A DNA stretch of 44,466 nt from Aduncisulcus paluster (lineage: Eukaryota): NCBI GenBank assembly GCA_024181965.1, contig BQXS01012760.1, positions 1-44,466 on the forward strand, in the 5' to 3' direction. Shown here piece after piece: positions 1-8,303 of this stretch (the first letter of the stretch is position 1; every line of letters starts with the position of its first letter). The position numbers were made by a program, and so were the translations under genes. Below the pieces are notes generated by a model that ran no database searches, was not told where the DNA came from, and saw only the letters and a program-made list of their open reading frames with translations.

Positions 1-2
1 AC

Positions 3-2087
3 AGTGTAGATGCTCAATCTGTGGCTATCTCTGCAATAGTTGATGCGGAAGAAGTGAAGGCTGCGGAAGAAGTGAAGGCTGCGGAAGAAGTGAAGGCTGC
101 GGAAGAAGTGAAGGCTGCGGAAGAAGTGAAGGCTGCGGAAGAAGTGAAGGCTGCGGAAGAAGTGAAGGCTGCGGAAGAAGTGAAGGCTGCGGAAGAAGTG
201 AAGGCTGCGGAAGAAGTGAAGGCTGCGGAAGAAGTGAAGGCTGCGGAAGAAGTGAAGGCTGCGGAAGAAGTGAAGGCTGCGGAAGAAGTGAAGGCTGCGG
301 AAGAAGTGAAGGCTGCGGAAGAAGTGAAGGCTGCGGAAGAAGTGAAGGCTGCGGAAGAAGTGAAGGCTGCGGAAGAAAAGGGACACGGAAAAGAGGAAGA
401 AGAGGGGAAGGAGGAGGAGTCTTCCTCTTCTGAGGTTGAGTTGACAAGATCTGAGGAAGAGGAAAAGGAAGAGGTTATAGTTGAAAAGGTTGAGGAAAAG
501 AAAGAGGAGGAAGAGAAGAAAGAAGAGGAAGAGAAGAAAGAAGAGGATGCTTCAGATCTCACTTTAGGACCAGATGAGAGGTATAAGGCAGAGTCTTATC
601 AATTTGTTCCCATTCTCTCGTCTCATGGGACCAACAGTGAAGAGGAAGAATCTGATATTCGTTCATCTTCTCATAAATATGTGCCAATTCGTATTAGAAA
701 AGCCAAGAAAGAATGGTTTAGTATGAAAGCCAATTTAGTAGCCATTTTAAAGTCCTTTTCTGCATTTATCTCGAATATTTGCCGTTTGATCGGGTATTCT
801 TCTCAAGTTTTCAATTATTACGAATATATTGCCTATATTGTCCGTTGTTTTCTCCACTCGTCTCTGCAAAACCCCATCTCAACGACAAGACCTGGCGTTC
901 GTCCCTTTGCTCCGTTTGCTGTGTGGTCTTGGAGTGACATTCTCGGTTCTACGTCTCAATCTTGCTCACGATTCGTGAAGTCTCTCAACATCATCCGTCC
1001 ACGGTTACTGTATAAGCTGAGTATGAATCACCGAATCCTTCCTTACCTTGAATCCGCACTCTTGGATGAAGAAGAAAGAGCTCAGGTTATAGGCATTCCT
1101 GAGAACTTTGATGAGGAAATTCAGAGTACTTTGTTTGGTTCAGTGTCTCATTTCGATTCAAAGACATTCTTGCCCAGTGTTGCCAAAGGTTTTGATTCGG
1201 ATGATCTCTGTGTTGCTCTTCACACTGATCGTGTTAAAACCATTGACTCTGGTGAGTCTTTTGTTGCCTTCATGATGGATATTCCCTGCATGTCATTGAA
1301 GGAAAGGCTCGAGAAATTGGCTGAACTACGGGATTGGTTTGGGGGGGTGCCTACCTGGAAGATTATAGAGAAAGAACGAATTCTCTTCGAACAAGAAGCT
1401 CTTTCAAGGATAAACGATAGTTCTTATTCTGCCAGTGAATTCGAACCACTCACAATTTATTCGCAGGACCATGAATTGTATGGACACTCCATAATGAGCT
1501 TTAATTTATTTGATATGATGCATTTCGATGCCATTTCTCAGATTGCATCGACTGGGGGGCTTGTATTTAATTCACTATTACGAATGCCCAGTTGCTCGTT
1601 GCCTTATAATGTTTTCCCTGCCCTGAATGAATTTTTGAGATACCCCACTGCTATCGCTCCAATTGTGATGGATATGCTTGCCCAATGCCAAGTTGAAACG
1701 GTATACACTGTTGCTAACTCATCCACCTGTTGTGAATGTGCTCTCCAGTGTATGAAGCGTTACAGATTTCAGTTTGATTCTGAGACAAAGGTTATGATTG
1801 GAATTGTGTTGCAAGGACTCGATATGCTGGATGATCCGAAGTGGATGTCCCGTGTCCACTCATCTCCTCCATATAAATCTCATAATGTTCGCATGTTTTG
1901 TTGGGTATTGGATATCATCCAAACAAATGCTCAAGATTCAGAGGAAACCAGAGCTCTATGCTTTGGATATCTCCAAAAACAGGGAATTCGAAACTTGCTT
2001 AAATTTTGTGAGTTTGGACCAGATAAAATCCAAAAGTTTTGTCAAGTTATGCACTTCACAGACGAGGATTTGGATGATGAAATGTGA
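3..2087 (+). CDS. Hypothetical protein, 5'-truncated by the window edge; (AEEVKA)n repeat, Glu/Lys-rich linker and ~450-aa globular C-terminal region
   Basis: The frame is open from nt 3 (agt gta gat gct caa tct gtg...) to TGA at 2085-2087. The ORF-track GTG start at 21 is not a credible eukaryotic start. No family recognised. Confidence 0.8.
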   Translation, partial: SVDAQSVAISAIVDAEEVKAAEEVKAAEEVKAAEEVKAAEEVKAAEEVKAAEEVKAAEEVKAAEEVKAAEEVKAAEEVKAAEEVKAAEEVKAAEEVKAAEEVKAAEEVKAAEEVKAAEEVKAAEEKGHGKEEEEGKEEESSSSEVELTRSEEEEKEEVIVEKVEEKKEEEEKKEEEEKKEEDASDLTLGPDERYKAESYQFVPILSSHGTNSEEEESDIRSSSHKYVPIRIRKAKKEWFSMKANLVAILKSFSAFISNICRLIGYSSQVFNYYEYIAYIVRCFLHSSLQNPISTTRPGVRPFAPFAVWSWSDILGSTSQSCSRFVKSLNIIRPRLLYKLSMNHRILPYLESALLDEEERAQVIGIPENFDEEIQSTLFGSVSHFDSKTFLPSVAKGFDSDDLCVALHTDRVKTIDSGESFVAFMMDIPCMSLKERLEKLAELRDWFGGVPTWKIIEKERILFEQEALSRINDSSYSASEFEPLTIYSQDHELYGHSIMSFNLFDMMHFDAISQIASTGGLVFNSLLRMPSCSLPYNVFPALNEFLRYPTAIAPIVMDMLAQCQVETVYTVANSSTCCECALQCMKRYRFQFDSETKVMIGIVLQGLDMLDDPKWMSRVHSSPPYKSHNVRMFCWVLDIIQTNAQDSEETRALCFGYLQKQGIRNLLKFCEFGPDKIQKFCQVMHFTDEDLDDEM
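45..377 (+). repeat. Perfect coding minisatellite: 18 copies of the 18-nt unit GCGGAAGAAGTGAAGGCT (AEEVKA) plus a 9-nt partial copy
   Basis: Read directly; no variant unit seen; 45+18x18=369, followed by GCGGAAGAA. Confidence 0.97.
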
Positions 2088-4063
2088 TATTTTACAAAAA
2101 TTTTGTGCTTATATGATGGATGGATTAGAAAGTTATTCTTAATGCTTAATAATGGAAATATGAAATGACTTTTCTAAAAATAGAATTTCTAAAAATAGAT
2201 TTTGTTTTTCCAATATAGTGTGTTTGGTTCCATTTTTTGGTTTAAAAGCCTTTGATGCAATTTTTTTTCATTCGGAATCAGCTCAATTTGTAAATAGTAA
2301 ACTATTCTGGAGATCAGTTGAAGATATCCGATAATAATCGAATCATTTGTGGCGTGTCTGGGTGGACTCTGAGGTATTCAATGACATCTCTTCGAAATGA
2401 TATCCCCGTGAAAAATGAGGATGTGGATACGAGAAGCTAAACCTGACATCAAAGGAGAATATCCAGAGAGAGAATCGTCACCTCGAGTTTCCGAGAGACA
2501 CCATTTCATAGATCTTATACAGGTTGATGTCATTGTGTTACTGTAAAATAACAATAAAGATAATGGAGTGATGTTTTACTTAATACTGAGAATCTGATGA
2601 ATAAAAAAATGTCGAAAATGCATTGACAGGAACCAACTTGAACAGAAACAGAATCTCCCATTACAAATTCTTGAATTTGACCAAACTTTCCAAAACTAAC
2701 ATTTCCATTGGACAAGTTTAACTTGAATAAAGCCCCAATGATCTCTCAAAATGGTGAGTAAAATTTAAAATATCAACATTTTAAATATATGCCACTCTTA
2801 AATAGAATAGAACATCGATCTGCAGTAGAAAAACACAATTACCCACTCTGCCAAGCGAATACATACTTAAAATGCCTGCTAACAAGCAAATACAGGTATA
2901 ATATCGAATATAGAGATAGAATAATTTCATGTGTTTCTAAAAATAGATATCATCATTTAGTTTTCACTTATTTCTGGTGTTTCTATCCCTGTAAGTGCAT
3001 GAATAGTTGGAAATAACATATTTTTTGCTATGGATTGATCAATTTTCTTGCATGACATGAAGATAGAAGAAGGATATTGGATGGAGTTGAAGCAGAAAAT
3101 CAGAACAGACTCAATTCCTGACCTAAGTATTGTAACAAAGAGATTAAATTGATTGAATGGTTATCCTTTTAGGGTAAATTGTTATAATATTGGATCAATT
3201 AATCTCATTCGAACGCTCAATAGAATCAACAGATATGGGATATGTCAGTAAAATAAAATCATTTAAACACGGTTGAATCCTGGCGTTCAACAATGGTCAC
3301 AATTAAATAGTAACACCGAGTGTTTATTAACACTAGATCTATCCATTCAATTATGGATTCTATTGAAAGATTTTCCGTAATTCATTCCGAGCCTCATCAG
3401 CAAGGAGTTGTCTGGAACAGAGCTCATCGAGGATGCGTGGAACTGTCAATGTAGAGCCATCAAATTCTCTTCCAAGTTTGTGACATTGCTCGATCACATT
3501 GTTTTTGTTGATCTAACCCTATTTGAGAAAAGATTAGTCCAGTTCAATCAGTGGGCATCGTGATTTTCAAAAAACACATATTAGAACCTATTTACACCCC
3601 TTCTGGTCTCGAGAATGGGGATATTTCCTTAATATCATACAACTTTCGAGAAGAATTAACACTTAAATATTGATGAAAACATGTCGTTGTGCAGAAAACA
3701 ACGACTTTTATGAAAATGGGGTTCAACAATGGTTGTTGCAAATAATATTAAAATATTTAAAATTTATAAAATATTTTATCGACATATCCAATTATTATTC
3801 CCCGCAACATAGATATCCAAAATGACTTCTTGAAAGTTTCATCGTTTGGCTACAATTGATATACCATTCGGAGTCATTTTTGTAATTCCAAGTACGTTTT
3901 GCATTATTAATACAATATACCCATTTATCCCCGTAATTATACCTTCTTATGTTTTTGCCTCAACAATCCATATTTATCCTCTCTTTTCAGAAGGAATCTT
4001 ATCACTTTTCACTCCTTATCAATATCAAATCGCAGTATAATCCCATAATTTTGTATTTAATCA

Positions 4064-7000
4064 ATGGAAAAAGATAGATCTGTATCGTCCACAAGTATCT
4101 CTTCTGAAGGCGATTCTTGCTCCTCCCCAAAAGGAAAAAAATCCGTTCACAAACGTAAAAAAGATGATTCCAAGACATTGACCTCCGCATCTGCCCTCCG
4201 ATCCCTCTGTCGCTTGGGAAAAGGTGGTTTTGGAGAAGTCAACATTGTGAGCATTGAGGGAATTTCTGGCATCTATATTCTGAAGAAAATGCTCCGAGCT
4301 TGTGACAAGGGTGTTGTCAAAGCATGTCGTAAGGAATTTAAGACTCAGGTGAAGTTGTTCATGAATCCCAAATGTTTCAACCGTATTCCTCGTCCAATGT
4401 ACATTCTTGACCTTCTCGATGAGAATTACCAAGGAGTCTACGGATTTTGTATGGAATATTGTCGAGGCGGCAGTGTTAAGGACTTTGCAAAACGTTGGTG
4501 TGTTGGTGGGAAGTATGGCAGTTGTTCCGATTCAGATGCTTTGGGAGTTTCATCCGTCAATCTTGATGATAAGTCCTCTGAAGATTCAAGCTCTGACTCA
4601 AGCTCTGAGATGTCGGTTGAATTTGATTCCATGACATTAGACCCTCTGCGAGTTGCTTCTTTGTGTATTGGAATGATTGAGTGTCTCTCAGATGTGTTCA
4701 TAGCAAAGCCCAAACTTGTCCATCGAGATATTAAGCCCGACAATTTCCTTATTCGTGCTGATGACAAAAGTGGAGAATGTAATGTCGTTCTTGCTGATCT
4801 TGGTTTCGCTCAGATTAAAGACACGATCTCTTCATCCGTGTCGTCCCAGAGTTTTGAACGTTCATCGGCCCATATCAAAGCAAGTGAAACAAATCCAAAA
4901 GCAGCCCCCGATCGATCCATTTGTGGAACTCTCGTCTATAACTCATTTGAGGCCCTGAGACATGGACAACATAGTCAAGAGAGTGATGCGCATTCTCTTG
5001 GTATGTCCATTCTTGCATTGTTCACATGTCAAGACCCCTTTGTCAACATGACGATCTTTAGAGGAATCTCTGACCCTGTTGATATTGTTAGTAAGCTTGT
5101 CTCACTCATGGAGAAGAATCTAACTCCTCAAATATCCAGTGAGCCTCTTTTCAGAACCCTCAAGACTATGGAAGATGGCAAGTTCAAGCCTGTCCATGAT
5201 TGTCTGAATGAAGTGTTCAAAGGTCTGACTCTATTGGATGTTGATAAACGTATGAAAGTGCACACTGCTCGTGAGAAAGTTCAGTCGATTAAGCATCTCC
5301 TCCCAAAGATTGGAGAAGGGTGGGAATGTCCATCCATTGATGATATTGTGGAGATGCAACTTGAGGAATATGGAGGTGATCCTGGGAGTATCATTCAAGG
5401 AATTGAGGGTGGGAAGAAAGATATGACAGACATGGACCATGAATCTCTTCAAAGCATCAAACAGTTTGATCAAGCTTGGGATGATAGCTTGAGGAGTCAA
5501 GTCATCATTCCATCTTCCTCTTCCTCATCCTCATCCGATCCTCTGATTCAACTGACACGAATGAATCCCCTTTCACCCTCTGACCTCAAGACAATGGTTA
5601 GAGATATTAAAGGGACAGTATTACAAGGATCTCTGACATCTCTCTATGAACAGTCGTCTCGTCGTCTCAAGGAAACTTTTGAAGAATGGCTCATCAAGTT
5701 CTCTATAAACTCCATTCCCATCTCATCCTCTTCCCTTGCATCTGGTATCTCTCTGTTCACACTTTGTTTCGAATGTCTCTCCCTATTCTTACGACATGAA
5801 CACTCTTCATCCCCAATCTCTGATATTGATGCAGCAGCTGGAAGTGTGAGTACATTGACACTTGATGAAGAGTCTTTCAAAGATTTGATTGAGACCTTTT
5901 TAGCACCCATGATTCGAGTTGTATCTTCTCTGAGAAAGCTGGATGAAGATACCGAAAGAAAAGGTAATGAATGTCTCATTGTTATTGAAAGAGCATTGGT
6001 TCATATTGTGTTGATTGCTGAAGAGACAGTTGATGATTTCAAGTCTAAACTGATTCCTCAAATATCTTCTGTATTGATGCGGGTTGTTGATGAATTTGAT
6101 CATAAAACTTTGGTTGATACTATTAAGAAATGTCCAGATTCAGAGTCAACTTCTGAATTGTACCATGAACATAAAGAATCCATTCTCTCTGTTTTCCTTG
6201 CATATCAATCCAGAAGTGAAATTGAAGAACATAAGAAGGAGATTATCGTGTGTTGTCAATGTTTAAGATGGTTTGTTAGACATGATATTTCTGGAAATGA
6301 GATCTATCTCCCTATCCCTGATCTCAAAGATCTCATTGACACTTTCATTGATCATCTATCAAGAGTTGAGAGTGTATTGGAAGCAGCTGTTGATGAAGAG
6401 TATTGTCGTATTTGTGTGAGTTATACTTTCAAAATTGATGAACTTGACCCCTTCCTCCCCAAGATATCTCCCACTTTCCACCGTATTCTTGAAAGAGGAA
6501 GCAAGGAGAAGTTGAAAGGGAATATTCCAAAGTGGTTGTTGACTACCCTCAGAAATATCTCCATTTCCAAATCTTCCTCCACTCGATCATCCATTTTCAC
6601 CCTCATCAAACCATATGCCAAAGATTGGATGAGAATATATGGAGATATAGAGTATTATGAAGAGTGGTTTGTCATATTGAAATACCTTTCTTGGTCACCA
6701 GAAGATAGATCTCCAAACAAAGCTATCTGTTCCGAATCATGGCCATTCTTCCACCCTATTCTTGATGTTGTGAAGAGAGAGTGTTCTGGGGATAAGATTG
6801 TTGAGAAGGATTATGCTGATGTTTTAGATTTCTTCTCAAACCTATGTTGTGATCCCTCCCATGTTCAAGAAATATATGACAACGTAAAGGATCTTCTCGA
6901 TGGTTGGTATGAAGCTGTGAAGAAGAAGAAACATGGTACGGGGATCATATTATGGTCTAAACTCATTTCCATGCTATCCACTGTCCCATCTCTTGTTCCT

Positions 7001-7165
7001 CTCTTGTCTCCTAAATATGACACCCATATGGAGTGGTGTAAGGATAATGGAGGTTGGGAGAGTTATTGTTCAAGTTATGTTACAAACTGTGTGGTAGAAG
7101 AAATGCCATTTATAATGGCATCAGATCGCTTTGTATCTTCGAGCAAATGTTGCGTGATAATGTAA
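4064..7165 (+). CDS. Ser/Thr-type protein kinase (N-terminal) with one degenerate and one complete copy of a lineage-specific helical module and a C-terminal CaaX motif, 1033 aa
   Basis: Kinase motifs LGKGGFG, ILKK, CRKEF (alphaC Glu), HRDIKPDN, ADLG, GTLVYNSFE, DAHSLG. Module motifs CCQCL, FFSNLCCD, LLDGWYE, LSPKYD. Ends SSSKCCVIM*. Confidence 0.93.
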   Translation: MEKDRSVSSTSISSEGDSCSSPKGKKSVHKRKKDDSKTLTSASALRSLCRLGKGGFGEVNIVSIEGISGIYILKKMLRACDKGVVKACRKEFKTQVKLFMNPKCFNRIPRPMYILDLLDENYQGVYGFCMEYCRGGSVKDFAKRWCVGGKYGSCSDSDALGVSSVNLDDKSSEDSSSDSSSEMSVEFDSMTLDPLRVASLCIGMIECLSDVFIAKPKLVHRDIKPDNFLIRADDKSGECNVVLADLGFAQIKDTISSSVSSQSFERSSAHIKASETNPKAAPDRSICGTLVYNSFEALRHGQHSQESDAHSLGMSILALFTCQDPFVNMTIFRGISDPVDIVSKLVSLMEKNLTPQISSEPLFRTLKTMEDGKFKPVHDCLNEVFKGLTLLDVDKRMKVHTAREKVQSIKHLLPKIGEGWECPSIDDIVEMQLEEYGGDPGSIIQGIEGGKKDMTDMDHESLQSIKQFDQAWDDSLRSQVIIPSSSSSSSSDPLIQLTRMNPLSPSDLKTMVRDIKGTVLQGSLTSLYEQSSRRLKETFEEWLIKFSINSIPISSSSLASGISLFTLCFECLSLFLRHEHSSSPISDIDAAAGSVSTLTLDEESFKDLIETFLAPMIRVVSSLRKLDEDTERKGNECLIVIERALVHIVLIAEETVDDFKSKLIPQISSVLMRVVDEFDHKTLVDTIKKCPDSESTSELYHEHKESILSVFLAYQSRSEIEEHKKEIIVCCQCLRWFVRHDISGNEIYLPIPDLKDLIDTFIDHLSRVESVLEAAVDEEYCRICVSYTFKIDELDPFLPKISPTFHRILERGSKEKLKGNIPKWLLTTLRNISISKSSSTRSSIFTLIKPYAKDWMRIYGDIEYYEEWFVILKYLSWSPEDRSPNKAICSESWPFFHPILDVVKRECSGDKIVEKDYADVLDFFSNLCCDPSHVQEIYDNVKDLLDGWYEAVKKKKHGTGIILWSKLISMLSTVPSLVPLLSPKYDTHMEWCKDNGGWESYCSSYVTNCVVEEMPFIMASDRFVSSSKCCVIM

Positions 7166-7349
7166 TTTGATAACACTTTTGTCATTGAATAATGTACTGA
7201 AGTTGGGGGAACCATTCAAAGAAAGGATTTTACTCATCTTGAGGATGATAATAGGATGGTTCTCTTTATTCTTGTGGTGGATCAGTGGTATATTATTGAA
7301 ATACCAACATTCTTAAGATGGGAAGACTCTATGAACATTTCCTCATTGT

Positions 7350-8225
7350 CTAATCAAGGAAACGAAGGCTATTATAATGTGCTCCACTTGCAAACCAATG
7401 TTGATGGAACGAAATATGCATTGTTCGACCCTCAAACTCCTCACCCAGTATTTGGGGGAATGAGAAAGCTGTGTGAACTATTAACTTTGTCTTTAACACC
7501 CTGGAAAGGGCAATACACTCTGCAAAGCCTCCCCATTTGCTTTCCTTTCTCATTTCTTCAAGATATTCTTCCTTTGTTTTTTCATCAGCAAGATAGAAAG
7601 AAGAGAATGTCGTGTCATCACTTTCTATTTCATCACAGGCTAATTTTCTCAGCTCTAGGGCAGTAAACTCTTGCACAGTATCCCCTTTTCCCTGGAGATA
7701 ATGAATTTGATCGACAATAGCATTGAATAAACAATTCCCATCGCTTCCAACTTCAACGATCCTCATAGATAGTCCATCTTTCTCTAAACGCTCAAATATA
7801 TCCTTATTTTCCCTCGTTCTCATACTCCCTCCGCGCAGGGCCTGTTCGTGTCGTTCAGCATCAATCTCATCTTGCAAGGCCTTCTCTTTGGCCCATTTCT
7901 TTCTTCTCTTTCTTTCAGCCTTAGAAAGTTTAGGTTCCTTTGATTTTTCCTTCAGTTCTATTGGTTCAGCTTCAATTTTTTCTTGCTCAACAGGTTCTAT
8001 CGATGATTGAATATCTCCTATTTCTGCTGAATGCTTATTTGCAAGAATATCAATCCATTCTTGTGTTTCTTTCTTAGCTTCGGCCTTTCGTTTCTTATTT
8101 TCTTTGATATGTTTCTTTATCAACAGATCTAAGGATCTAACCTCCATTTTATGCCTTTGTTGCATTTTCCCTTTTGATTCATCTTTTGGAGGAGCCAGTG
8201 TTAGTATAGATGGTAATTCTGTCAT
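7350..8225 (-). CDS. OTU2: OTU-domain deubiquitinase, OTUD6/Otu2 family
   Basis: N-terminal QRHKxE and Lys/Glu-rich coiled coil, then SDGNCLF (catalytic Asp/Cys), WGG..E and AHYNSL (catalytic His). First ATG at 8225. Confidence 0.88.
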   Translation of the reverse strand: MTELPSILTLAPPKDESKGKMQQRHKMEVRSLDLLIKKHIKENKKRKAEAKKETQEWIDILANKHSAEIGDIQSSIEPVEQEKIEAEPIELKEKSKEPKLSKAERKRRKKWAKEKALQDEIDAERHEQALRGGSMRTRENKDIFERLEKDGLSMRIVEVGSDGNCLFNAIVDQIHYLQGKGDTVQEFTALELRKLACDEIESDDTTFSSFYLADEKTKEEYLEEMRKESKWGGFAECIALSRVLKTKLIVHTAFSFPQILGEEFEGRTMHISFHQHWFASGAHYNSLRFLD

Positions 8226-8303
8226 CAATAAAGCGTATTATTATATCACCCGAGGCAACACAATGAAAATTGTATTTTTGACATCATTTTAAATATTAAA
8301 TAT

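Noticed and set aside
45-377. CRISPR-like array
   Set aside because: Head-to-tail identical units with no spacers, in frame within a eukaryotic CDS, and no cas genes.
14-562. Minus-strand ORFs 14-562 and 25-447
   Set aside because: Stop-free shadows of the coding minisatellite.
2280-2760. Possible spliced or decayed gene on the minus strand (acceptor-like TTTTACAG at ~2541)
   Set aside because: All frames hit stops within about 60 codons and no family was recognised.
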